Below, one piece after another: positions 11,091 through 23,429 of a stretch of 50,486 nt of DNA. The stretch is taken from contig CAJVPI010000133.1 of assembly GCA_910592345.1 (NCBI GenBank), forward strand, positions 1 to 50,486, given 5' to 3'. The stretch's first letter is position 1. Every line of letters begins with the position of its first letter. Source of the DNA: Paraglomus brasilianum (taxonomy: Eukaryota). Made by a program: the position numbers and the translations under genes. The notes under the pieces are model-generated. The model searched no databases and was not told where the DNA came from. It saw only the letters and a program-made list of their open reading frames with translations.

Positions 11091-11696
11091 ATGAATACAG
11101 ACACACAGAGAGACAACATTTGTGAGTCGAAGACAGTTGGTCGTGGAAATATCAATTACAACAACAATAATGCTGAATATAACGTTACGAACTGTAATAT
11201 TCACAACCGCTACTCACGTAGATTTTCTTCGACGTATACACCAATGTTACCATCTACGTTCGACATGCCGCTGACACCAGAAGAGGACGAGCTCAAACAA
11301 ATAAACATTGACAATTATTCACATCTGGCTCTATCATACTCTAACGCATTATTTGGATCAAACGCAATATCCCACTCTATGCCTTTCCCCCCAACGCCGC
11401 CATCGCCTCCAGAGAATCTGCCTTTCGACCCATCACCAATCCTCACCGCAGATGAATTTAATTCCATTTTCGAGAGCTTTGACGTTGTATATGAGGACAA
11501 AAGAGCCGAATGGACGAATTATACCTATAACCATCAACACGAATTTAATGACTACGGAGATATGGATGAATTAAACCTAGATAACAATAACAAAAACCCT
11601 GATTATGGATGTATTTATGATGATGAATGCGCGAATAATAATAATGTTCATGACCACCTTGCATTAATACTGGGTGATCTGTCCATTGACAGATGA
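11091..11696 (+). CDS. Hypothetical low-complexity (Asn/Pro/acidic) protein, 201 aa
   Basis: Intronless 201-aa ORF in AT-rich DNA with protein-like biased composition (PLTPEED, PPTPPSPP, Asn runs). No family recognised. Confidence 0.5.
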   Translation: MNTDTQRDNICESKTVGRGNINYNNNNAEYNVTNCNIHNRYSRRFSSTYTPMLPSTFDMPLTPEEDELKQINIDNYSHLALSYSNALFGSNAISHSMPFPPTPPSPPENLPFDPSPILTADEFNSIFESFDVVYEDKRAEWTNYTYNHQHEFNDYGDMDELNLDNNNKNPDYGCIYDDECANNNNVHDHLALILGDLSIDR

Positions 11697-14238
11697 ATTC
11701 AAGAAGGGTAATGGAAATGAGGTTTATGTTTATAGATTAGAAATTGTTAAATTCTCTTTTTAACATAACGGGGACTCTCACTTTTATTTTATCTGTTGTT
11801 TACAAAATATCTTTTTTTTTATATATTTACCGTATCATACCATGTCCATACCATATATCCCGTGCATCTTGGTCAATGCAGGGCATTGATTGCTTCACAC
11901 GCTTGTAATGATTTATTTGTTGATATCTACGCAGATAGCGGGTTTTTACCCCTCCCTCCTCATTCTAATATCGGCTCAGATCTACTAATGCATTTACAAC
12001 AACATTGTTTTTGTTGGGAAATTTCATTATCCCGTATACGCTCATTATTATTTCAATTTCCGCGCAATAAAACCTTTTTAGTGAACAGCAATGACAAAAA
12101 TCGATGAGTACCCCAAGTGGACATTGGATTGTTGGTGCGACTGACGGCCCAATATGCGAATTGATCGCTATTAGTGACAATCGTACTGTATATCACATTA
12201 TCCTTCGTAGATCAAAGTTCGGGAATAATTTCCGTTCACGGCGCCAATGTAAAATCTGGTGATGTTGCACCGATTCGTAAATTCTTTGCATCCTTCCTAA
12301 GGTACATCGTATCATAAAGTACCATTAAGCAATTGTCTTTTTGCTCACGCCACCACCCACTAGTTTAATATCCTTAGCAATTACCAAACATTCCTTTGGA
12401 CAAGATTTATTTTACAGCCGTTATTATACGCTAAAGTTGTAGCCACCGAACGGAACGTTTCGGATCTCATATTCGTGCAACATTGTGAACAACAATTTTC
12501 ATCATTGCCTCTTTGTGCTACCGTTTGAAGGAATATTCTATAAAATTCTGTTAGCTCACAGCCTGCGTTGTTGCAAAACGTAATAACCGTTGGTGTGACG
12601 GCCAACCCTTACAAGGCTATCATCATCTAGGGAATAAACATTTACTGCAGTAGCGTGGCGAGCTAGTACGTTAGAGAATTGGTATTTTGCGGAATTCACT
12701 AATTACTTTGAAAGTAATATATGGCTATAATAAATAACGAAGGGAGGATAGCGGTTTGTTTGTAAGTAGATCCCTTATGAACCAATCCCTTGGTTAATTT
12801 GAGATTTGCATTGTCTCTAACATTTGTATCGTGTAGTATGAATTCTTAGTAGAATATTAATTAAGAATCGGTGTAGAGTATTTCGTATTTTCATTCAATT
12901 TTCCTAAATTAGACTAAAATATCATTTTTATAATCAATATTACTTGACTCTGCCCATCGAATGCCCACGCGATGATTTCGGTACGAGGTTGGACAGCATA
13001 ATTAAAGAGTATTGACGTCTAGAACTGCGATATTAATCGGAAGCTTTTCTATTATTAGCCTTTGTACCAGATTTCCCGACCTTGTATACTGGCCATGCGT
13101 TTGTTTGCGCGGTCAGAAGACTTACGATTCGATTCTTTCCAGCATGCTAGTAATGAAATTCGGAGTAAGCAGTCTTAGTCGTATAGTCAAATACTGTACA
13201 AATATGTTATGGCATGTAACATAAATCACGATTTAATAAACAGCCAATCAAATTTATAAAGACAGCAATCCCAATGCTATATTGATAAACGAGTTAAAAA
13301 AGCTTTAACTTCGACTAGTAGAAGTGAAATGACATTAAAGAACGCAGAAATACAGTGCAATGCATGATATTTATACTTCGAGACCGACTTATTGTTTAGA
13401 AGGACGACAAAGCTTTTTTACTGGTAAAACTTTTGACAATTTGGCAATTGTTTTATGCAAATATGCAAAAAACCAAAATTTAGATGTGGTAAATTTCTCT
13501 TTGCAACCCATCTTATTTGAAATATCAGCATCCCTACGACGTTTACCACAGATAGCAGAATAGCTTACTATTATAAATAAATCTTTAGCCCCTGGTCAAA
13601 GTCTTGATATCCGAGCCAAGCGCCTGTGCAGGCCTTCAGAATATAAATGCAAAGTAGGTATGTCTTCTGTAAGGCGTTTCAAAAATTCGAGAAGAACGCG
13701 ATACTAATTGCACTGTCCACGTTTTTGGCAGTCTTATGGTATGAGAACGAGAAAAATGTTATATGTTCCAGTGTGAACCTATTTGTGGCTTAAGACAATT
13801 CCAACGGATTTTGACAACGCGACGTTAATTTACTCTGGCGAAATTAATTCGATTTCGTTCAATTACGGCATATGGAAAACCAGTCAAGCAAGATCAAAGG
13901 ATAAATAGCCATACCATGCTCATCTTAACTTTGGTAATGTACGTAAAAGGTTATGGTTTCCAAAACGTCATCGAAAGGTTCGAGTTACGGCATCGTCAGA
14001 AATTGAACGTGATTTTATAAAACTAGTTGGTGGTCGGGGTGGATCAAGTCAGAGGCATAGATAGAATTGGAATAATTGGCAAAGAAGCTTAACTATTACT
14101 TTAGCGTTGGGTCTTTTTTGGATATTACCATCCAATGAATACTTGTGTTACTGAACATAAAAGGTGGGAAAGTGAACTGACGTGAGACTAGTGCAGATCT
14201 TATACATTTACACGAACTAATCAGGAAATGAAACTTCA

Positions 14239-16480
14239 ATGCTCAGAAATAACGCCTTTCTCAATATAAGGGCGATAATAAGGGAAGCCCTGCTTCTTAA
14301 GGGTATATTTCCTTCACACAGCTCAACTGTGCTGATTAGCGTCCGACATTATAGGAGAAAACGACAAACCGATACGAGTAACGAGCCGCCGCCACCGCCC
14401 ACTACAGTAGCGCCGGTCATCCAACTTCGCCCATATCAACAAGAATGTATCCAAGCATGTGTGGACAAATTACTCAAAGAAAACGTTCGTAGACAAGCAG
14501 TATCGCTTCCTGTTGGTAGTGGTAAAACGGTGATATTCTCGAATTTAATCCAGAAAATACCACCCCCACAACCGGATGTCACTAAGGTTTTAGTAATAGC
14601 ACATCGACAAGAATTACTTCATCAAGCCTACAGACAGATCAGTTCTCATGTAGCAGACAAGGGACTGGTTGTTGAGATTGATCAGGGTAGTAAAGTAGCA
14701 AAAGGTAATGGTGATATTATCATTGGGAGCGTGCAGACATTAGGTCGACCTTCAACTCTTAGACTTGCCAAGTACAACCCCGACGAATTCAAAGCTATTA
14801 TTATTGATGAGGTAATTGAGCTGGTTGCTTGATTCTTTAGAAATTCACTATATTTTTGACCGATTTATTTTAAATGGGACTTGTGGTTTTTTTAATCACC
14901 TTCCTCACTAAGGCCCACCATGCTACGGCAGCTAGCTACCGGCGTATTCTCGAGTATTTCAAGGCTGATACCAAAGACAGTAAAGTTTTTGTCTGGGGGT
15001 GTTCTGCCACACTATGCCGTTTTGATGGAATAGCTCTCAGCAGTGTCTTCGATGAGATTACGTTTCATCGTGACTTTTTAGACATGATCAAAGAAAAATG
15101 GTTATGTTCGTTTAGGGTAACAACAGTGAAAACGGAACACGAAATGCCAAACATAAAAAATGCAAACAACGATTTCGATGTTAATTCGTTGGCACAAGCT
15201 CTTGATACTCCGACAAGAAACCAATTGGTTGTTCAGATACACGCGTCGCATGCAAGTGAGTCTGATGTCAACGACGTATATTCGAATGCTATTTTTGAGA
15301 TATAAATGCGATCAAGATGGTATTTTTTTTTATCCCAAATGTATACACAGATGATCGTAAATCAACTCTTGTCTTTGCAGTAAACAAAGCTCATGTAAAT
15401 GCACTGACCGAAATGTTCAGAGAATATGGAGTAGAAGCGCACGGTATAACTTCTGATACACGAAGTCACATCCGCACCGAGATTCTCGAGAGATTCAAAA
15501 GACGTGAATTTCCCGTATTGGTCAACTGTGGTATAATTACCGAAGGTACAGATATTCCGCAGATTGACTGTGTCGTAATGTCACGTCCAACTCGGTCACC
15601 AGTGCTATTTACCCAAATGATTGGCCGAGGGATGAGGTTAGCTCCAAATAAAGAAGATTGTTTGGTGCTCGACTTTGTTGATTCTTATAGAAAGATACCG
15701 GATATACAAACAGTGTCATCACTGTTTGGGATGGATCCAATGACTGACTTTAACAACAAAACGGTCTTTGAAATTGAGAAAATGAACGAGGATGTCATTC
15801 ACAAAACCCCGGAGGCGAATGAAGGGCGAGACTTTCCATATACACAAACAATAAGTGAATGTGAAATCACAACATGGGATAATCCATTTGAATTTGTAGG
15901 TGACTGTTCTGGGGTAGGATCTTTTCTTCAGCACACTACGAATGCATGGGTAAACGTTGGGCCAGACAGTTATGTGCTTAATCTAATTGATGGAAAGTCA
16001 CTACGAATAGATAAAGGAGGTGATGGTATTTATAGAGCAAACTTTCGAAAAAAATTTGCTATTGATGGGAAACACTGGACAAAGACTGAACCGCTCAAAC
16101 TTGAAACCGAAACACTAGTAAATGCTATACGCGGATGCGACACCTGGGTGCAAAATAATTTTAGTTATATGATAATAAGTCGAGCTATGTCGAGAACGGC
16201 TCTTTGGAGACGCGAGCCTGCTTCAGAGTCGCAGAAAAAATGGTTGCGTAAGAGAGCAGATAAGATAAAGCATTGGAAAAATAAGACTAATATTAACTCG
16301 ATGACTAGAGGGCAAGCATCGGACATGATCTCGAGGTTGATAGATGGACTTGCCAATAATTGGACATTAAAAATGAAGGAGGACAAAGTGATTGAGTCAC
16401 ACAAGATAAAAAAGGCAAAGAATGAATTCTTGCGTAAAGGAAGCTTGAGTGATCTTTCGTTGCCGAACAATAATAGTTGA
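14239..16480 (+). CDS. IRC3: Mitochondrial SF2 DExH helicase, Irc3-like
   Basis: Exons 14239-14811, 14913-15255, 15351-16480 (GT-AG). Motifs LRPYQ, LPVGSGKT, DE|AH, SAT, TEGTDIP, QMIGRGMR. The N-terminus is basic and presequence-like. Confidence 0.88.
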
Positions 16481-17414
16481 ATGATTGGGAGTAATCATGT
16501 AATTTTTAATAGTTAGATCAAGAGTAATTATGGTTTTTCCATTACAGTCATCTTACAGGATTCTTAATAGCTATTCAGAATGTTTGCATCTAAATAGTGG
16601 ATTCGATTGTAACAAATGCCAAATCTTTAATTGTCTACAAATTATTATTATTGGGAATCGAACATTGAGTGGCTAAGTAGAAATACAACTTACGCTTGCC
16701 AGTTGGCACGATCGATCATTGATTTGTTGTATTGCCCATAACACCCGCAAATGTCTTCGTATGAAGAATTTCCTTGCACAATTTATTGATATTGTCAGTA
16801 AGAGCGCTTAAACAACTAATAATAATAATATTTCGCAAAAGTTGACATTTACAAAGGCATGGGTTTTTAATACTCAATGGGTTTACAAAACTTGCAAGAA
16901 ATACTTATTGACAAAGACGCGGACAAGACTGTTGTTTTGTATATTTAAAAAGTATTGCCATATTTACAACAAAATGATCATAAAATATGACACACGATAA
17001 CTCTATGAAGGCGAGCGGTGTCATAAACAATTTAACACAAAAAATGGTGCGTCAAACCAGTGGCCTTGCATGCGTTTGGTACATCTTTAGCGTTCAATCG
17101 TAGGTGTAAACAAATAAAGAACGCAAAACTCCTTGCATGCGTTTGCCTTTTTTTTTGTGGTCTAAACCGACAACCCGCGATTCAACCTCGCGCATCAACT
17201 TTTATTTCATTCTGCAGATAAATTCATTATTGACATATAGATCATGTATCTAAGTTAATCGGAAGAGAAGCAAACTTTTGGAATAAAACTGTAAAATTAC
17301 AAGTCTATTCAAATTTTGAGCCACTAAATTATATAATATTAATATTTTTAGTATCAAATTTAACCATTTCATGTCTTCATACCAACCACTGAATCAAAAT
17401 CATCTCCCCAATGT

Positions 17415-17560
17415 CTGGTGCTGAATCAGGGATCGGTGGTCCATAATATCGCTTACTAAATCTCGATCGAATTGCCTATCTCTAAAAGGTGGTTCCCAGT
17501 GGCAACTAAATACATAATAATGCCAAATGCATATACATCTGATTTCTGAGTAAATGGCTG
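17415..17560 (-). pseudogene. Protein kinase C-lobe fragment (TKL-like)
   Basis: QPFTQKSDVYAFGIIMYLVATG / EPPFRDRQFDRDLVSDIM / PPIPDSAP across frameshifts (subdomains IX-X). Confidence 0.8.
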
Positions 17561-19192
17561 GGCATCCTGTTTGTCAACTATCTCTTTGAGTATTACTTTT
17601 GTCAATTCATTTGCATATGTGTGCATCCATATACAGTACGTTTCTCAACAGAGAGTATTCAATCCATTGTATATAAGCATCATATCGATTCTTCGTATTA
17701 CTCCATGATTCAAATCCAAAGACTCGCTACCAGTCGTCTAATCAACACGTCTTGGTGCTTTACATTTGATTTATAGTTGGTTCAGTGGTTTTTGTGCATG
17801 CCAGACATAAATTACCATCATATAATGTTTGTTTGTGAATAGCGTAATGAACAGAGTCAATTTGGCTTGATTCTATCACTAATCTCTAAAAAAGACAAAT
17901 TTTATTAAGAAAAGCTATTTTTTTTCTCGTAAATACAGTATGGAAATCATGCAAACTTTTACCGGTCGTTTCTTCACCATACTCAATATACACTGTTACA
18001 TCGATACTAAATAAATAGTTGTTACCACGAGTTTCATCTTGCGTAAAGGCTAACTTAATCCAGTTTAGGACAGCACAACGCAAAGATGACAAGATACAGC
18101 AGGGCATAATACCAAATCCGTATGATAAATACAATATCGTTCAGATTCATTAGTAATAGAGTTAATTTAAAGAGTTGCCTGCGTAGCAAGTCGACAAACT
18201 ATAGGTAGAATTCTGTCTGCGGGTCATACATATTCAAAAGGAGTTATGACCAATCCATAACCACTGATATTGCTATGGTAGTCATCCCTTCCAATTTCAT
18301 AGAGGAGACTACGTAAACCAGAGCCCGTTTTTGGAGTATCCCGACTTGCAACTCAAAGGTTTAAGATATCTTTATGATCAAATCGGCTTTTGGGGAACTG
18401 TCAGGGAAAGACATTCTCTTCTCTCTTGCTCTATAAATCCACATCCAGATTTTCGCAAAATTCTACTTTTTTCCCCCTATGATCTGCACCGCTATCATCA
18501 TAAACCGGATCCGTGATAACAGAATACTACGATTAAACACAACAGGCTTCGATTGAGTGAGTATAGTAAGCTTACATCATTTTACATGAATACAGATTGC
18601 TTGACGGAGACGGGAATTTTGCTCCTTACGATAGCAATTCGTGGAACGATGACCAAGCCAAAACTCAACAAAATTGCGGTAAACGTAGGAATAACATGAC
18701 AAAAGCTAACGAATAAAGAAATATATGAACAAAAAGATAACAGACCTCGCAGTTCTAAAGTCTTATCTCCCTCTGCTCAATCTTCCTAAGTCAAAGCAGC
18801 CGCCACGCCAAATACATCCCCATTTCGACCTTCGCTTCACTTATGTCAGTTATTTCCCACAATCGCTTGCATCAATGCTTTTAAATCTAATAATCCACGG
18901 GCATTACTCCAAAGCTCTCTCCGTCTCCACATTTCCACATACAATCATACGTCGAATGAGTGCGCTGCTTGCCAAAGCTCAACATATTTAAAAGGTACAT
19001 ACAACATTTGTGCTCACTGTCCCGCAATTCTGAAATCTTCAAAATGCTGTTCTGCCGTACATAAAAATCTCCACTCTCGAAAATAATCGCTGCAAAGTGC
19101 TAATATCCCATGCGCAATTTGTTCCACTATTATAAATCCCCCGCTTAAATTCCCTCACACACCCCCAGTAATCTCTTCGATTAACATTAGAT

Positions 19193-20446
19193 TCATCGGC
19201 GGTATGGACTGGGCGTGCGTGCACCACCCCTATAATTGGGACTATAACCACGCACGGGAGATGAACCACGTCCGTCTGAGGTAACGATGTTTCGTATCGT
19301 CAATGTCGTTGTAAACTCGAAAAAAAAAAAGACGCAAAAATAGTTGACAATTTAACTTACAGGGGTCTGCTGATCGGCCACTATATGCACGTTAAAAAAA
19401 GAAAAGATTGTTAAACGAGACGATCACAATTGTTAATGATAATGGCAATGACCAAAAAAAACTTGTTACTTACCCATAATCATTCGGTCCATATTTGTCT
19501 CGACGGTGTTGATCCTTCTTTGATAGTCCAATATCCCTAAATGCAAATCGTCGTTTTGTGTCCTTTCAGGATTACAGATACACAATGAATTTATGAACTG
19601 TTGACTTATTCAAGAGAGAAGCAAAAATACCAATCCAACTTAAGCCTGCGACCTTCAACAGTGAAACCGTTATATTTATCGAAAGCATCTTCTGCGTCTC
19701 GCCTGTCTTCGAATTCAACAAACGCAAACCTTGCGAAAAAAAAAAATATATCGATATTCAGCAAAAAAAAAATATGTACGCATTCTCACAACAACAGTAG
19801 CGAAACCCCCTCTTCGTTCACTTTTTGCGTTATATTATTACCCTTTGTTACGACCGGTGTAGTGATCAATTTGTACAGTTACTTTACGCAGACGACCATA
19901 TCGCTCGAACATATCGGCAACGTCTTGCTCGCGAAAATTGTATGGAAGGTTACCCACATACAATGTAGTCGAGTCACGTCTTTCTTTATCCGAGCCACTG
20001 TTTCGTGAGAGGGAGGAGTAAATTCATAGTTTAGTTGACGTGCATTCGTAACAAACCGAACAGAAGATTATTCCGTTGGCATACCGATCGACGGGTTTGG
20101 TTCTTCTGAAAGGTCCTCTTCTTTCAGAGCCATGTGAGGGATGATCCCTGTATGTTCTTTCGTCTCTATGATTTCCACGGGCGTGGCTCCGATCATTGTA
20201 TCTATCGTCTTTACTATACTTGTCTTCCCTGTACCTTTCCTCTTTATACCTGTCTTCTCTATATTTGTCTTCTCGTCCATTCCTATTGCCCCTTGGAGAT
20301 GAGCTCCTGCGCCGGGGAGAATACGAAGGCCGATAGTTTCGAGGCGACGTAGAACGGTCCCTTCGAGAGCTATAAGAATTATTATTAGTCTGCTGGTCGG
20401 CATGGTGAGAGGACGAGTGTCCGTTGGGTGAATCCGAGTTGTCCAT
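19193..20446 (-). CDS. SR/RD-rich RRM RNA-binding protein (Tra2/SR-like splicing factor)
   Basis: 6 exons: 20446-20085, three exons spanning 19997-19474, micro-exon 19380-19361, and 19275-19193. RNP2 LYVGNL, RNP1 KGFAFVEF. RS/SPR-rich termini ending RTPSPYRR*. Confidence 0.88.
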
Positions 20447-23429
20447 TTTATATTATAGTTAACGTTAATAATCTACGACTTGGGAGGAAATGGTTGTTGG
20501 GATCATTGTGTACTGTTGTTATATGCCGCACAAAATCCTGGTTTACCATTGGCTGGAATAATAATCCATGTGTCATCCGCAGGAAAAAAAAAGGCTCCGT
20601 TAATATTAACCTTGCTGGCTTTATTAGATGATGGAAACTGTAACATGAGTCGAGCTGGGTGATGTTGAACCTTTTATGAAACCTGGTAGAATATCGTTAA
20701 ATATTCGAATCTCCTTCAAATTCAATCGAATGAGAAAGTCAATTAATTGACAGCTTTTTCGATCCACGCGCGTGTAGAGAATATCCCAAATATTTTAAGA
20801 GTACCGTAACATCGTAGTTACAATATGGCTACCTATGTGAGGTCTGTATGCCATCACTTTTCTCTACCGTTATTTTTATGTATTATTAATAACGTGTCAT
20901 CTAGATAGCCGGCACATAGTGCTGAATTGTTGTTCTCGTATAGTACGTAATGGAAAAGCACGGTTTTTTCCCTCGTAGATAGAAGTATTGCGAGCAACAA
21001 AGCGGGAGCGCATAAAACTTTCTTTCATAAGATGAACGCAGAATTTATTGTAATTTATAGGAAAGACGACAATATAAGAGTTTAAGCGGCAGTTCGGATA
21101 AATATAAGGAAGCAATTGCTTTAATAGATGACAAATTTCATTGAATCGATAGCAAGTATGTCGATGACCCGAGACATTTTAGTTGGAAGCGCAGGAGCAT
21201 TGCACACAGTTGCTGAAAATACCAGTAATGTTAGTGATGGAACACCCATAATATTCTAATGGAGAGGGGCCATGCCGAAGGATATAACGACATCTGCACT
21301 GTATTATTATTATTTTGATTTGTACATACATGTAACTATTTATGTAAGTTTTATATCATATCCGCGTATATAATAGCCAAACGGATCTTGCCTATTATAA
21401 TTACTGTTAATCTGTTACAGATTGTAAAAACTGGGGTTAGTGTCAAAATCTCTACCATTTTCGATTTTTTGCATAATAGATCTTGCTAAAGAATTAACTC
21501 CACACAAAAGAGAAGCATTATTGCAGCTAAATAATAAAGCTGTAGAATGTCATTGAACAGCATGTGTTGCGCTTATGAATTGGGAAAAGTTTTCAAAGAA
21601 AGGCAAATATTGAAGCTATAGTTCTCAAAAATAAGAAACAAGACAAAAAAATCTAGCAGGATTTTTCTAACATGGTTTCTGCTAAAATCAACAAACAAAT
21701 ATCTATATAAACAATTTTCTGAGCACTTTGCAAGGAAAATTTGCATTCCAATATACTGTATATCTTGAAAAAGTGCCTTTCATTTTGGACAATAGAAAAA
21801 AAAATTGGACGTGGAAGACTGGAAAAAGATAATCTGGACAGATGGGTCTATTACTATGTTTTTAGGTTTCAAAAGCCTCTCGCTCAAAAATCGAAACATT
21901 TTTGCGCCTGACACTCAAAGAAAATGCGCGACGCCGTACAATAAACGTCGATCATGGAATTTTATCATGTGACTCGCTTATCCGTAACACTATGATTCGC
22001 GTCCTTTACGGCGCGATTTTCAACTTCTTAAATGCAGTTGCCAAAATTGTCAACGACAGGAAGACAGTCATCCTTGAAATTTTATTTGGTATTTTCAGAG
22101 AAACATCGCTTGTTGCTGATTCTAAGCTTCCAACCGCTTTTTAAAGAGAGTTGATATAAATCCAAGAAAAAACTGGTGAGCATTTGCGGGAATGCGCATT
22201 TGTAGTCATATAGTAAACTAGGTTTCTCTAAATGTCCTTTTTACTGTTTAGTTCACTACGAGACTTCCATATAGTTTCAGCAATACCTTTTCCAAATTCA
22301 CGCATTTATTGTGAACTTTGAAAAACTCTTCGAAAGCATTTTATTGGCTTTTAAAATCGGGTTAATCGTATTTCCATTGATGATGGTTCCTTTTTTAGCA
22401 TTGGTGCTGCAAGTTTTGAGAGTTTATCGTTGAATGAGTCATCTTTCGTCTCGGCTACATCTGGCATCCACGCCCACTCCTTGAGCTTTACAACAGACCG
22501 GTCACATTAATGACTTCAAAATATAAAGGAATTTTTTATTTAGCACATTGTTGTAATAGACGGATTCTTCCGCACGGGAATACAAACAAATTATCAAAGA
22601 CGTTTCTACTCCACCGGTAGAAATATCATTTCTTTTCAACACGCTCGCAAAATGACACATTGTTTTTTGTCCCTAGAAATGAATTTTAAAAAAACTTCGA
22701 AGAAAGCAAGTATTATGCGAATGTCAAAATTAGTCCAGTGATAACTCATTATGTCTATAGTTTCCGCCGCATTCTTCACGCATGTGACTGATAAATGTCT
22801 TTCGCTGTATTAATGTTGTTGGCTGCATTTGATAGTTTAAGTATTTTTGTATAGTAGCGATTGTAATTAAATTAACGATTAAATAAATGGAGCCAACTAT
22901 CACGTAATAGTAAAGCGAATACGGCCTGTTATTACGGATATTTCATGTTTAGTGTTGTTTTTTATTCGATTGTAACAAAAATTTGACCTGTTATTACCAA
23001 TTTCACGAAACTAAATTTAAGAACGCTACCTGTAAAAGTAAATATTATTTCTAAAGTTTGTTGGTTTTTTTTTGCAAATGTCAGAGTTAATTCTTCATGT
23101 TCTCTCAAATTGGCATTAATGGCTGGTTTAGTAAGTGTTTAATTCAATTAACCTAATACTGAGAACATATTCCAAACATAATAAACATCCCATAACACCA
23201 AATAACATTACATACATACGAATAAACTACTAAATAATACCTATAAACTACTAACAGAATACTAACGATATGCACAGCAAACTGCATATCTAACGACATA
23301 CCCAATAACGTATCCGAATGTCACTTTCACCACAACATATTATTACCGTTCATAATATTTCGAGACACTCTCACATCAAGTGTCCAATAATAAGTTCTAT
23401 GGAAATAATTTCTATGTCGAACACGATGA

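Noticed and set aside
11796..12605. Short minus- and plus-strand ORFs that might be a pseudogene
   Set aside because: No recognisable protein motif, and lengths are compatible with chance.
21783..21852. Repeated tggac/tggaa motifs ending gggtctatt, possibly a TE terminus similar to aatagaccgtctgt at ~2506
   Set aside because: Only ~15 bp of imperfect similarity, with no local partner TIR or TSD found.
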